From an uncultured Gammaproteobacteria bacterium (GTDB lineage Bacteria; Patescibacteriota; Microgenomatia; Levybacterales; GWA1-39-11), in assembly GCA_964511305.1 (NCBI GenBank), contig CAZEEU010000004.1:4093-68092 (forward strand): a DNA stretch of 64,000 bases, read 5' to 3'. Shown piece by piece: positions 1 to 10,217 of the stretch. The notes under the pieces are model-generated. The model made no database searches and was not told the DNA's origin. It worked only from the letters and a program-made list of their open reading frames with translations. The stretch's first letter is position 1, and each line of letters starts with the position of its first letter. Made by a program: the position numbers and the translations under genes.

Positions 1-1
1 T

Positions 2-2110
2 GCTTTTGTAAGCAATTTCTCTCTCTCAAAAGATGAAGAAGAAAATGAAAAATTCAACATATACCTTCTCCTTGCTGGTATTTTCTCATTCGTTATAGGC
101 ATCTTTATTGCATCAGAACTTTCTAAAGAATATGCGAAAAGTGGCACCCCACAAGTTGGATGGATGCAGACGTTTTTCCTAATTGAAGCAGTGGTTTCCT
201 CATTTACCTTCTTTCATTTTGCCTTTAAATTTGGGACTCTCAAAAAATTCCTGGCAATATTGCTAACTTCGGGCGCAATAGTGGCGCTTTGGGGATTACC
301 ATCACATTTTGGCTATGATCCAACGTGTTTTATATTCAGAGGCACAATGGATGTTAGTTGTTGGACTGAAGCATTTCAACCAAAAATCCGTATGTTCTCA
401 ACGCTTGGACAGCCAAACTGGCTAGCAGCATTCTTATTGGTCCTGGTTCCTATTTCATCAGCATTGACTGTTAATGCAGCAAAAAAAGTCAATTTCAAAA
501 ATCCACTAACAAAAGCTGGACTCCTCTTCCTACTCCATCTGTCTCTGGCATTTCTTTTCTATCTTGATCTAGGATGGACACTTTCTCAGTCTGGCTTTGT
601 AGGGTTTTGGGTTGGAAATATTATATTCGTTCTAATTTTTGGAATACTTACATTAAGAAAACACAACTTCTCACTTATCACAACGCTAAAGCATAAAGGA
701 TTTTTGACTTTACTTATGCTGCAGGTTCTTTTCATCGCTACTATGTTTATAACTAAAAATCCAGTTGCCCAAATATATGTTAACTCAATAATGCAAAGAG
801 TTAACCAACCTCAACAGGGATCTTCAACGGCCCCTACTCCTCAAGCTGCAAAGCAACCTGTTGCAGCCCCTGCACAACCTGCATTGGAAGCTGGAATAAC
901 CGGATCAGGAGACATTAGAAAAATCGTATGGAAAGGCGCTGTTGATATTTGGAAAGCATATCCAGTCTTTGGAAGCGGCGTTGAAACGTATGCATTTGCA
1001 TATTATAAATTCAGACCGGCTGAGCATAATTTAACTTCTGAATGGGATTACCTCTATAACAAAGCTCACAATGAATTCCTTAATTACTTAGCAACAACAG
1101 GTGCTTTCGGACTGGGCACATACCTACTATTCATCGCCTCATTTCTCTTTTTTGCTTTCAAAATTATGGCAAAACAGTGGAAAAGAAAACTTATAGGCAA
1201 TCCTCTTTTACCTGCATTTATTGGTGGTTTTGTTGGAATTATGGTTAGCAATTTCTTTGGTTTTTCCGTTGTTATCGTCAACCTACTAACCTTCCTGTTG
1301 CCATTACTGTATTGGGCAAGCACAAAACCTGCTGAAAAATATCTACTAATTCCAAATGATTCAACCGAAGGGTATGTTACTTCCGAAAGTCCAGGAACAG
1401 GTAGAATTATGGTAATTATCGGAATTGGAGCTTTTTCGCTTTACTCAATTATTTTTCTTCTTAATTATTGGAATGCAGATGTTAACTATGGACTTGGATA
1501 TAACTATAATAGAATAAATGCTTTCCAACAAGCAAACCCTTCGTTGGAAGAAGCTGTAAAAATGCGGGGCGGGGAAGATCTTTATAAGAACGAGCTATCA
1601 GTAAATCTTGCAGCACTTGCATTAACAGCAGCTCAACAAAAAGATCTCAATACAGCATCTCAATACGCAACCCGCGCTAAGGATCTTAGCGACGAAGTAG
1701 CAAGAGATAACCCAAATAATGTTGTGTACTGGAAGGCAAGAACTCGCGTCATGTTCTCTCTTGCAGAACTTTCAACTTCTGTTTTACCAGATGCTGTCGC
1801 TGCTATTGAAAAGGCTAGAGAACTCGCACCAACCGATGCTAAGGTCGTATATAATGAAGCTCTTATATATGATCAGGTTGGCAGAAAAGCAGAAGCCAAA
1901 AAACTATTAGAATTAGCGATAAAATTAAAATCTAACTACCGTGATGCATATTATGCGCAAGCACTTTTCTTAACCCAAGAAGCAGAGCAAGAAAAAGACG
2001 CAACCATTAAAAGCCAGAAGAAAAAGCAAGCTTCAGACATACTTAATTTCGTATTAAAAAATGTTGCCCCCGGAGACAAACAGACAGAAGATCTTCTCAA
2101 GAGCTTGTAG
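2..2110 (+). CDS. O-antigen ligase-like (Wzy_C) polytopic membrane protein with C-terminal TPR repeats; 5' end runs off the window. The frame stays open from nt 2, upstream of the listed Met at 164.
   Basis: Many TM segments; NKAHNEFLNYLATTG motif typical of Wzy_C/O-antigen ligase; C-terminal TPR-like repeats (AYYAQALF etc.); no stop between nt 2 and 164 in frame. Confidence 0.6.
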   Translation, partial: AFVSNFSLSKDEEENEKFNIYLLLAGIFSFVIGIFIASELSKEYAKSGTPQVGWMQTFFLIEAVVSSFTFFHFAFKFGTLKKFLAILLTSGAIVALWGLPSHFGYDPTCFIFRGTMDVSCWTEAFQPKIRMFSTLGQPNWLAAFLLVLVPISSALTVNAAKKVNFKNPLTKAGLLFLLHLSLAFLFYLDLGWTLSQSGFVGFWVGNIIFVLIFGILTLRKHNFSLITTLKHKGFLTLLMLQVLFIATMFITKNPVAQIYVNSIMQRVNQPQQGSSTAPTPQAAKQPVAAPAQPALEAGITGSGDIRKIVWKGAVDIWKAYPVFGSGVETYAFAYYKFRPAEHNLTSEWDYLYNKAHNEFLNYLATTGAFGLGTYLLFIASFLFFAFKIMAKQWKRKLIGNPLLPAFIGGFVGIMVSNFFGFSVVIVNLLTFLLPLLYWASTKPAEKYLLIPNDSTEGYVTSESPGTGRIMVIIGIGAFSLYSIIFLLNYWNADVNYGLGYNYNRINAFQQANPSLEEAVKMRGGEDLYKNELSVNLAALALTAAQQKDLNTASQYATRAKDLSDEVARDNPNNVVYWKARTRVMFSLAELSTSVLPDAVAAIEKARELAPTDAKVVYNEALIYDQVGRKAEAKKLLELAIKLKSNYRDAYYAQALFLTQEAEQEKDATIKSQKKKQASDILNFVLKNVAPGDKQTEDLLKSL

Positions 2111-2140
2111 TATAATGCTAAAATCTCAAATTAACTTAAT

Positions 2141-2737
2141 TTGATCGCAAAATTCATGTACAAAATTGTTACTACACCAAATAAAATTCTTGTTGATAAA
2201 GCTTCTGATGTTAAGAAATTCGATAAGGAATTGAAAGAAATCATCAGTGGCATGGAACAGACCCTCCTTGCTACCAAGGACCCAATAGGAGTCGGTCTTG
2301 CTGCACCCCAAGTAGGTCTTCCACTACGAATTTTTCAAATGAAGCCAACTGAAAAATCTAGTGTAACGACATATATAAATCCAGTTATAGAAAAGTTTTC
2401 AGATGAATCCGAAATACCATCTTTTACAAATTCTGAAAAAACAGAAAAGAAAAAGCCTGAATCCTCCAGAAATAAGCTCTTGGAAGGTTGTCTTTCAATT
2501 CCTGACATATGGGGAAATGTAACGAGGAAAAAAACTCTTACTATGTCCTGGTGCGACGAACATGGCAATAGGCTTACAAAAGAATTTACCGGCTTTCCTG
2601 CAATTATTATTCAACATGAGGTGGACCATTTAAACGGTGTACTTTTTACAAAACACGTCATGGAACAAGGAGAGAAATTATTCAAATCTCACAAAAATGC
2701 TGAAGGTGAAGACGAGTTTGAGGAAATTTCAATTTAA
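2141..2737 (+). CDS. def: peptide deformylase
   Basis: PDF motifs GVGLAAPQVG, EGCLSIP, QHEVDHLNG; immediately upstream of fmt. Confidence 0.9.
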   Translation: MIAKFMYKIVTTPNKILVDKASDVKKFDKELKEIISGMEQTLLATKDPIGVGLAAPQVGLPLRIFQMKPTEKSSVTTYINPVIEKFSDESEIPSFTNSEKTEKKKPESSRNKLLEGCLSIPDIWGNVTRKKTLTMSWCDEHGNRLTKEFTGFPAIIIQHEVDHLNGVLFTKHVMEQGEKLFKSHKNAEGEDEFEEISI

Positions 2738-2743
2738 ATATAG

Positions 2744-3958
2744 CTAGAGAAGAAATCTCTTCCCAAGTTTCTCACATATAAATTTATAACCCCAAATATA
2801 GATAATAAGACCAACTGGAATGGTTGCAATAAAAAGTTTTGGATAATATCCCAACGGGAACTCTACTAATAGTAGTGATGCCAATGACATAACCGATAGC
2901 AACTCTACTTTCTTGATTTTGTCAAAATAAATAAATACAAATAAAATTGCCGGTACTAACGCACTTAGAAAATACCTAAATGAAGATGTCATTATGTGTG
3001 TTTGATTTGCAGATGGAAGATTGATAAAAAATAAAGTCAAAACAAACGCAAGAAATAGCAATCTAAATGGCAGTTTCAATTTCCTTGTTTCTTTCGTTCT
3101 GAAATATTGAATTATTACTCCTGGAATTATGAGCGACCATGCAAGAAATTCTGAAACAAAACTATTTAACGTAGAAAGCAGTCCACTCAAAGAACCTGTT
3201 ATTACTTTCGCTACAGTTAAATTCAATATTGCTGACTGCCCTCCTTTAAAAAATAAAAATGCTTGGGGGTATAAAGGGTTCCCGGTTAATAAAATATTTC
3301 TTATATACCATGAGAAACCAAATATACTAATCGGGATCAAGAAAGAAAACATTCGTGAAATATTTACAAAAGGTAAAATTTTCTTGGCATAAAAGATGAG
3401 CAATATAATTGCAATAAAAGGTGCACTGTATTTGCTTCCTATCAATAATCCTAACGCCAAACCAAGCTTTAAAAAATATTTCGCGGACTTCTTTGGTTTT
3501 TCTAAAAATATTAATGACAACAAAAAGAAATTCAAAAGCCAGATGTCTGCAATTTGAGTATCTGCCCATCTGAGGATTGCATTTAGTGTACATATAGTAA
3601 CAGCAAAAATTATACTGGTATGGATATTTAACCTAAAAATAATTCCCAAACGTATACAGATAAACAATAGGGTTAGAATTCCGAAAGCATTAAAAAGGCC
3701 AAGTGGAATTCCTTCGAGATAAAAAACGCTCAAAAGAGCCTCTGTATTTCCAGGATAATATTTTGTGTGCTTTACTGCTAGATTGTGTGCCGGATTTATT
3801 ATATTTCCAGAAATAAAGGACTTGGCAATTGGAATGTGGTAGTCAACGCTATCGCCCTCACTTGGAGTTGTAATAATACATTTATAAATAACCTGAATAA
3901 ATATGCACGCAAAAATAATAAGAAATACTTTACCTAATAACGCCTGCTCAAATTTCAC
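2744..3958 (-). CDS. polytopic integral membrane protein, possibly GT-C type glycosyltransferase; function unknown
   Basis: 404-aa ORF with >10 hydrophobic segments; no diagnostic motif recognised. Confidence 0.45.
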   Translation of the reverse strand: MKFEQALLGKVFLIIFACIFIQVIYKCIITTPSEGDSVDYHIPIAKSFISGNIINPAHNLAVKHTKYYPGNTEALLSVFYLEGIPLGLFNAFGILTLLFICIRLGIIFRLNIHTSIIFAVTICTLNAILRWADTQIADIWLLNFFLLSLIFLEKPKKSAKYFLKLGLALGLLIGSKYSAPFIAIILLIFYAKKILPFVNISRMFSFLIPISIFGFSWYIRNILLTGNPLYPQAFLFFKGGQSAILNLTVAKVITGSLSGLLSTLNSFVSEFLAWSLIIPGVIIQYFRTKETRKLKLPFRLLFLAFVLTLFFINLPSANQTHIMTSSFRYFLSALVPAILFVFIYFDKIKKVELLSVMSLASLLLVEFPLGYYPKLFIATIPVGLIIYIWGYKFICEKLGKRFLL

Positions 3959-3980
3959 ACACTCATTATATAATATAGAA

Positions 3981-4844
3981 ATGAATCAAAATGTCGTATT
4001 TTTCGGTAGCGGTTGGTACACAATACCAGTCGTAAAAAAACTTATTCCTCTCGGTCTTGATCTGGTTGTCACGACTGAAAAAAATCCTGATTCACTTTTC
4101 TTAAAATTTTGCAATGAAAATAACTTGAAAACAATTCAAGTTTCAAATGCATCTGAAATCATTAATCAAAAATCATTAATCATTAATCACAACGTAGCCA
4201 TCCTGGCTTCTTTTGGAGAAATAATTCCCCAAAGCCTTATTGATACTTTACCTCATGGAGTTATAAATATTCACCCTTCTCTACTTCCTAAGTTCAAGGG
4301 ACCATCTCCAATTCAATACACTCTTCTTAGTGGAGATCCTATAACTGGAGTTAGTATCATAAAACTTGATGACAAAGTTGATCACGGACCAATTCTTGCG
4401 CAACAACCATATAGCCTTACTGGAAACGAAACCGCGGAAGATCTTCTATCAATACTTTTTGAGATTGGTGCAGACTTAACTGAAGATATTGTGACAAAGA
4501 TACAAAAAGGAGAAAAGATAGCAGAAACTCCGCAAGATCATACACTCGAATCATGGTCATATAAAATAAAAAAGAATGACGGATATATCGATATATCGAC
4601 GCTTTCATCTTCAGAGTTAGAACTTAGAAATTTTAAATTAGAACTTGCTCGCAAAGTGCGAGCATATTATCCATGGCCTGGTGTATGGTTTATTGCAAGA
4701 ATTAAGGACAAAGAATTAAGAATTAAGCTACTTCCAGAGAACAAGATACAACCAGAGGGAAAGAATCCGATGAGCTATAAAGATTTTCTTAACGGATATG
4801 AAGAGGAAGGAAGAAATCTTTTAATCAAACTAGGACTTGTTTAG
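3981..4844 (+). CDS. fmt: methionyl-tRNA formyltransferase. Start moved to the ATG at 3981 because the listed start at 3903 overlaps the convergent membrane gene.
   Basis: N-terminal VVFFGSGWYTIPVV, HPSLLPKFKG...GVSIIKLDDKVDHGPIL formyl-transferase core, C-terminal Fmt domain; def-fmt pair. Confidence 0.9.
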   Translation: MNQNVVFFGSGWYTIPVVKKLIPLGLDLVVTTEKNPDSLFLKFCNENNLKTIQVSNASEIINQKSLIINHNVAILASFGEIIPQSLIDTLPHGVINIHPSLLPKFKGPSPIQYTLLSGDPITGVSIIKLDDKVDHGPILAQQPYSLTGNETAEDLLSILFEIGADLTEDIVTKIQKGEKIAETPQDHTLESWSYKIKKNDGYIDISTLSSSELELRNFKLELARKVRAYYPWPGVWFIARIKDKELRIKLLPENKIQPEGKNPMSYKDFLNGYEEEGRNLLIKLGLV

Positions 4845-4915
4845 ATTATAAAGACTTTCTAAATGGATTCGGAGAAAAAGGAAAAGAATTGCTAGGAAAA
4901 TTAAATCTTATTTAA
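4845..4915 (+). repeat. degenerate tandem duplicate of the last ~22 codons of fmt (YKDFLNGF..KLNLI*), out of frame with fmt
   Basis: nt 4776-4844 vs 4845-4915 share ~70% identity, each ending in a stop codon. Confidence 0.5.
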
Positions 4916-4932
4916 TGGGAGTTTACTTTAAA

Positions 4933-5172
4933 TTAAGCAGTAGCTACTGGAATTGTTGATGTCTGAGCTTTTTGTTCTACCAATGCTTCAGCTGCTTTCT
5001 TAAAAAGTCTAATACATTTTGTGCAAAGTTTTGCATTCACTTTTCTCCCCATCACAACAACAGTCTTATTGTGAAGATTTGGTTTCCAAGTTCTATTACT
5101 TCGGTTTTTTGCATGAGACACTTTGTGTCCGTACATGATACCTTTGCTGCAGTTGTCGCATTTCATTGCCAT
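4933..5172 (-). CDS. rpmB: 50S ribosomal protein L28 (bL28)
   Basis: MAMKCDNCSKG...VSHAKNRSNRTWKPNLH pattern (C..C, SH..N.T.R.f.PNL) typical of bL28. Confidence 0.7.
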   Translation of the reverse strand: MAMKCDNCSKGIMYGHKVSHAKNRSNRTWKPNLHNKTVVVMGRKVNAKLCTKCIRLFKKAAEALVEQKAQTSTIPVATA

Positions 5173-5258
5173 ATCCGGTAATTATAATGGAATTGAGCGT
5201 AATATTCAATCCTTATTCGCATATCAACATCAAACAGCAACAATTAAGAATTAGACAC

Positions 5259-5287
5259 AAAAAAACCGAGCTAGGCTCGGTCCTTTT
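5259..5287 (-). terminator. rho-independent terminator downstream of rplL
   Basis: Minus-strand CCGAGC-CUA-GCUCGG hairpin followed by U7; A-run on the other side makes it potentially bidirectional. Confidence 0.6.
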
Positions 5288-5323
5288 GTAAGCAAGTGAA
5301 GCTCAAGTGAAGTTTAACTTCGC

Positions 5324-5719
5324 TTATTTCAATTCAACAGTTGCTCCCGCAGCTGTTAATTTTTCTTTTGCTTCATCTGCTGTTTTCTTGTTAACCTGCA
5401 TCAAAACTTCTTTTGGAGCAGCATCAACTAAGTCTTTCGCTTCTTTAAGTCCCAATGTTGGGGCCAATTCGCGAAGAGTCTTAATAACGCCTAGTTTGTT
5501 AGCTCCTGATGCAGTAATGACGACATTAAAGATTGTCTGCTCTTCTTCAGGTTCTGCTGCTTCTCCTCCTGCTGCTGCTCCTGCTGGAGCTGCTGCCATC
5601 ATAGGGGCTGCTGCTGTTACACCGAATTTCTCTTCCAATGCTTTTACAAGCTCTGAAAGTTCTAGAACTGACATTTCCTCAATTGCTTTTAGTAAATCTT
5701 CTTGTGATAGTTTTGCCAT
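5324..5719 (-). CDS. rplL: 50S ribosomal protein L7/L12
   Basis: N-terminal dimerisation helix, Ala/Glu-rich hinge, C-terminal domain ...[25 protein letters not shown]... Confidence 0.95.
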   Translation of the reverse strand: MAKLSQEDLLKAIEEMSVLELSELVKALEEKFGVTAAAPMMAAAPAGAAAGGEAAEPEEEQTIFNVVITASGANKLGVIKTLRELAPTLGLKEAKDLVDAAPKEVLMQVNKKTADEAKEKLTAAGATVELK

Positions 5720-5803
5720 AATATGTCGTCACCTCCTTTTTGAGCGTAAAGTATTCAGTAAACAGCGTTCAGTTTTTATTAACTGTACGCTATGCGCTGT
5801 TAA

Positions 5804-6328
5804 CTAAACGCTAGCATTTCCTTTCTTTTCTTCAATTGCTTTTAACAATTGTGCTAATTTCTGAGTATTGAAATTTAAGTCATATACAAGACTTGTAATT
5901 GGTGAATTGAGTAATCCCAAAAGCTTTGCAAGAAGAACCTCTTTTGGAGGAATTGTTGAAAGCGTTGTGATTTTACCTTCATCGATTATTGCATCTTCAA
6001 AAATTCCAAACTTAACAACTGGAAGTTGATATTTTTTATTGAATGCAAGAATTGTCTTTGCTGCTCCAATTGGATCTTCATTTGCAAAAATTACAGCATG
6101 TGGTCCTTTTAATTTTTCAGATGCGTCAATCTTTTTTTCCTGGAGAGCAATATTTACTAATGTATTTTTTAGAATAGCTGCCTCAGCTTTCACCTTAGCA
6201 AGTTCATTTCTGAATTCTTCTAATTGAATATGTGTAAGTCCAGCATAATCAACTAAAAAGATAGCTTGGGCTACAGCTAGCTTAGCCTTAATATCTTCGA
6301 GCGATGTTATATTTTTTTGTGATGCCAT
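5804..6328 (-). CDS. rplJ: 50S ribosomal protein L10
   Basis: L10 family sequence, located upstream of rplL as usual. Confidence 0.9.
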   Translation of the reverse strand: MASQKNITSLEDIKAKLAVAQAIFLVDYAGLTHIQLEEFRNELAKVKAEAAILKNTLVNIALQEKKIDASEKLKGPHAVIFANEDPIGAAKTILAFNKKYQLPVVKFGIFEDAIIDEGKITTLSTIPPKEVLLAKLLGLLNSPITSLVYDLNFNTQKLAQLLKAIEEKKGNASV

Positions 6329-6463
6329 ATATTTTTTGCAAAAAAAAACGTCGATCCTTCGACGTTTGAAAACTTTCGTTCTCCTCGGTGAGATTTCTGT
6401 CTGTCACACACTCACTGTCTTTGGAATAATTGAAATTCTAACACAAAACCATCTATATATCAA
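6329..6463 (-). promoter_or_regulatory. rplJ promoter plus ~100-nt leader containing an intrinsic-terminator hairpin (attenuator-like L10 leader)
   Basis: Minus strand TTGATA-17nt-TAGAAT (plus coords 6435-6463); perfect 7-bp hairpin AAACGUCGA-AGGA-UCGACGUUU + U9 (plus 6341-6368) ending 12 nt before the rplJ ATG. Confidence 0.45.
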
Positions 6464-8101
6464 TTATAGTTTAAATCCAAGTTCACGAAGAGCATCAGAA
6501 GTCCTTGGAAAAATTCTATTTTCCTTCTCTAATTTCTTATAATGCTTACTTTTTTGAAGTAACGGTAATATCATGTTACTTACGCCAGTAATGTATACGT
6601 TGATACCTCTCTTCTCAAGTATTTCAATTATTTCTTCAAAAGCATCGACACCGTCAAGGTCTATAAAGTACAACTCTCTCATTCTCAGAATTATATTTTT
6701 GTGATGATCATGTTCAGTCTCAAATCTACTAACATGCTCCTGACTATCTATATAAGTAAAATGCCCTTTGATCGAATATACAACAGTGTGGGAATCTTTT
6801 ATAAAATCTTCAGCCTTAGAACTTATAACTCTTCCTATCATTTTTTTATTTGCATCATTTGCAATTACTTCAAATTGTCCCCGGGATAAATTTTCGAGGA
6901 ATAAAAACATCGAGATTGCTGCCCCAACTAATATTCCCATAATTGGATCTTCGTAAACCGTTATAAATGCGACAACCATTGCTATCCAAAAACTTTTCTT
7001 GTCTATGCGGTACATTCTTACAAGATGCTCTTTTTCAATCATTCTTACAGCAACTGTAACAAGTATTGCGGCAATTACTGTAAGCGGCAAAAACTTAAAG
7101 TATGGAAGCAGAAAAAATGATATTAGGATTATTGCAATTGCGTTAACTATTCCCGAGGTTTTGTTCGTTGCCCCACTTTTTATATTGAGCGATGTTCTCG
7201 CCAGAGCCGCAGTTGCCGGTATTCCGCCTGCAATGCCAGAGGCCAAATTTGCAATACCTAATCCCAACATTTCTTTTCTTTTATTATGTTTTGTCTTAGT
7301 CATAGAGTCAGCAATACGCGCAGACAGCATTGTCTCAATTATTGCTATCAATGCTACAGTTAAGGCGGTTGCGATGAAATTCCAGTTATATGGCACGGTT
7401 AAATTAGGAAAAATAAAAAGTTGAGCTGATAAATCAGAGTATCTAGAACCTAACGTTTGAAGGGTAAATGGCAAGGCATTCGTTGAGGAAGCATACCCTA
7501 AAAGGATTCCAATGAACGCAAATATAACCGTTGCAGGCAAACTAGCAATTATTTTTATCCGACTTCTAAATTTTTCTGTAATAAATATTCCAAGAAAAAA
7601 TAGAACAAACACAATTAATGATTCGAAGGATATCTTGTCGATATGTCTCAAGGATTCAAGGATGTTGTCTATAAATTTTTCGTGCCCAGGCAATTTAGGA
7701 TAGCCTAATGCAAAATTTGTTTGGTTCATGCCAATGATAAATGCCACTCCTAAAGTAAATCCTTGAATGGTATTTGCAGGAATAAAAACTAAATATCTCT
7801 CAAGCCTCAAGACCCACGATAAGATAACTACGACTCCAGTAGCAATAGCCAAAACTGCTAGACTTTGAGCTCCATTAATAAAAGCGTATGTTGCCAGAAT
7901 GCCAGACAGTGCGCCAGTAGGACCCACTATATTGAAATTTGAACCACCGAAAATTGCTGCAAATAATCCTGCCCATATAGCCGTTATTATTCCAGCCACA
8001 GGAGTAGAACCTGCTGCTATAGCTAGGGAAACCGACAAAGGAATCGAGACAAGAGAAACAGTAACACCAGATTTCCAGTTTTGTTTTAAATTATTGAACA
8101 T
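6464..8101 (-). CDS. SulP family anion (sulfate/bicarbonate) transporter with C-terminal STAS domain
   Basis: ~11 TM segments, NFNIVGPTGALSGI-type SulP core, C-terminal STAS-like ~120 aa. Confidence 0.85.
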   Translation of the reverse strand: MFNNLKQNWKSGVTVSLVSIPLSVSLAIAAGSTPVAGIITAIWAGLFAAIFGGSNFNIVGPTGALSGILATYAFINGAQSLAVLAIATGVVVILSWVLRLERYLVFIPANTIQGFTLGVAFIIGMNQTNFALGYPKLPGHEKFIDNILESLRHIDKISFESLIVFVLFFLGIFITEKFRSRIKIIASLPATVIFAFIGILLGYASSTNALPFTLQTLGSRYSDLSAQLFIFPNLTVPYNWNFIATALTVALIAIIETMLSARIADSMTKTKHNKRKEMLGLGIANLASGIAGGIPATAALARTSLNIKSGATNKTSGIVNAIAIILISFFLLPYFKFLPLTVIAAILVTVAVRMIEKEHLVRMYRIDKKSFWIAMVVAFITVYEDPIMGILVGAAISMFLFLENLSRGQFEVIANDANKKMIGRVISSKAEDFIKDSHTVVYSIKGHFTYIDSQEHVSRFETEHDHHKNIILRMRELYFIDLDGVDAFEEIIEILEKRGINVYITGVSNMILPLLQKSKHYKKLEKENRIFPRTSDALRELGFKL

Positions 8102-8171
8102 GCTTATTAAAAATCATATTTAGTAGTACTCCAACTTTAAATGATCTAGATCATGGTGTTATGATAAAATT

Positions 8172-8798
8172 ATGATACGAGAACCTTTCTTAGGTCATAA
8201 GCCTTCTCATTACCTACAGGTCGATCCGATCGTTAAAGCCTACATAGTTTCAGAATGTTTTTTGTGGTCTTCATGGAGTTTTATTACTCCAATTTTTGCA
8301 ATTTTTGCGACACAAAATATAGTCGGAAGCTCTATTGAGCTGGCTGCATCAAGCTATAGCTGCTACTTTATAGCCCGTGTTGTTGCAGAGCTTATTAGTG
8401 CACGTTTTTTCTCAAAGAAAAGTGACAGAAGTAAAATTATTACAACAATCTCTGGCCTTCTTTTGTTGTCATGTGCATGGTTTGCTTTTTCATTTGCAAC
8501 GAATATTCTGCAATTATTCTCATTCTATGCACTTGCGGGCATTGGGCTAGGACTTGCTGCTCCTGCAAAAAATGCACTTTTTTCAATACATCTTGATAAA
8601 AATAAAGAAGCTTCTGAATGGAGCATTGCTGATGCCTCTTCTTTTATTTCTATGGCTCTTGCAACGGCACTTGGAGGATTTATTGCAGCTGCTTATGGAT
8701 TTAGATTACTTTTTATAATTGCCGGTCTTGTCAATCTTTTTGCTATCCCTCCGTATTTACTGTACTTAAATAGAAAAAAACGAAAAGATATCGAGTAG
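8172..8798 (+). CDS. membrane protein, MFS-like six-helix half transporter; hypothetical
   Basis: 208 aa, 6 hydrophobic helices. Confidence 0.5.
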   Translation: MIREPFLGHKPSHYLQVDPIVKAYIVSECFLWSSWSFITPIFAIFATQNIVGSSIELAASSYSCYFIARVVAELISARFFSKKSDRSKIITTISGLLLLSCAWFAFSFATNILQLFSFYALAGIGLGLAAPAKNALFSIHLDKNKEASEWSIADASSFISMALATALGGFIAAAYGFRLLFIIAGLVNLFAIPPYLLYLNRKKRKDIE

Positions 8799-8806
8799 AA
8801 GAAGAT

Positions 8807-10126
8807 TTATCTATATATACCTGCTGTGAATGCACATTTTCTACCAGCAGGAACCACTTCTGGTCCTAGTGTTACTTCAGTTGCTGTAAGAGCAACTGAT
8901 GGCAACTTGTCTGCATTTGGGTTTCCTTCAGCAACATACTTAACGCAAACTCTGTTATACCAATCTACGTATTCAAGACTTATGGCTTTTTTGCGAAGAT
9001 AAGAGGCAAATTTTCCTGGAACAACAAAGTCCTGGGCAATAATCCTAATTCCTTGTTGTAGCAATTTTTCAAGTTCATTCCATCTTTCATCGCTCCCCTG
9101 TTCTACTGAAGGATCAGGAATCGCAACCCCTTTTGACCTATTGATAAGATATGCTTTCTCACCAGCCCAACTAACTTTAACAACTTTTCCTTTCTTTCTT
9201 GCTTGTCTTAATTCTTCAACTGAGTTGATGAAATAAGAAGGTATGAGAATATTGCGTAATCTACGATTCCGGGCTTTCCCCAGTTGCTCTTCCCAAAATT
9301 TTTCTAACTCATCATCAAAGAATAAGGCAAAAACACCCTTATTAACAAATGCGTTATTGACCCCGGCTGATATAACCTGTTCTCTCTTAAGCCCCATGTC
9401 GTAAAATTTTTGTGGTGGGTAAGATGTTTCGACAATTACTCCTGCGTACTCTTCCCACTTTGGCTTTACACTTCCCTCAACAATATGATTCTCGTTGATG
9501 TGATCTATTTTTAACTTACTATTAGAAACTTTCTCAATAAAGTTGATGAATCTATTAGCATTTGTGTTGTGTTGATTATCAACTCTAATGTGGGCAATTT
9601 TATACGGATCTACCTTATTACTATCAGACATTTTTATCAAAGTAGTTGCTATCTTTGCAGCAGTTGAATCATTCAAATTTTGAATACCATATGCCACTTG
9701 CTCTGCAATCATAAGAGCGCTTGCACCATCTTGACCTTCAATCTCATTTACTTTTGACCTACCTCTTGAGTCTATGATTACGTCTATTCTCCAGGTGGGA
9801 GGTATTCTAAAATCTAAGTCGTCTGCTAATTTCTTCTTTACGTTGGTGGGTAGTTTTTGAAGCGCTTTTGCCAAATGGAGAAGATCATTTCCGAGTAAAG
9901 TCAATTTCTTTTCAGAATTTCTTGGCATTAAGACTGGTTCTGCTGGAATGCGAAAAGTGGGCTCTTTATTTTCTTCCTTGCCATAGAATGGACCAAGATC
10001 TTTTATCACTTCGTATGCGTAATTGGCAGATGATACCAACCCGTCAAATTTCTCAAGTGAAAGGTTCAAGCTTCTGGCCATCACCTTGCGATCATGATCA
10101 TGTACTTCTTGATTGCTATGGGACAT
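8807..10126 (-). CDS. uncharacterised 439-aa cytoplasmic protein (possibly a carboxylate-amine ligase-like enzyme); no motif recognised
   Basis: Long ORF, no TM, standard start; sits in a cluster with FemAB-like GNAT, M20 peptidase and Asp/Glu racemase. Confidence 0.55.
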   Translation of the reverse strand: MSHSNQEVHDHDRKVMARSLNLSLEKFDGLVSSANYAYEVIKDLGPFYGKEENKEPTFRIPAEPVLMPRNSEKKLTLLGNDLLHLAKALQKLPTNVKKKLADDLDFRIPPTWRIDVIIDSRGRSKVNEIEGQDGASALMIAEQVAYGIQNLNDSTAAKIATTLIKMSDSNKVDPYKIAHIRVDNQHNTNANRFINFIEKVSNSKLKIDHINENHIVEGSVKPKWEEYAGVIVETSYPPQKFYDMGLKREQVISAGVNNAFVNKGVFALFFDDELEKFWEEQLGKARNRRLRNILIPSYFINSVEELRQARKKGKVVKVSWAGEKAYLINRSKGVAIPDPSVEQGSDERWNELEKLLQQGIRIIAQDFVVPGKFASYLRKKAISLEYVDWYNRVCVKYVAEGNPNADKLPSVALTATEVTLGPEVVPAGRKCAFTAGIYR

Positions 10127-10217
10127 AACTTTTTTCTAAGCAAATTATTATAGTTGAAACTGGCTATAAAATCAATTAGATTGAACAAGTTCAAAACAGC
10201 ATGTATAATACACTTAC

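Noticed and set aside
1084-5172. Small ORFs nested antisense within larger genes (e.g. 1084-1323, 1719-1910, 2126-2311, 2335-2568, 3129-3392, 3327-3593, 4417-4608, 4972-5181)
   Set aside because: Fully contained in, or antisense to, strongly supported genes; typical AT-rich spurious frames.
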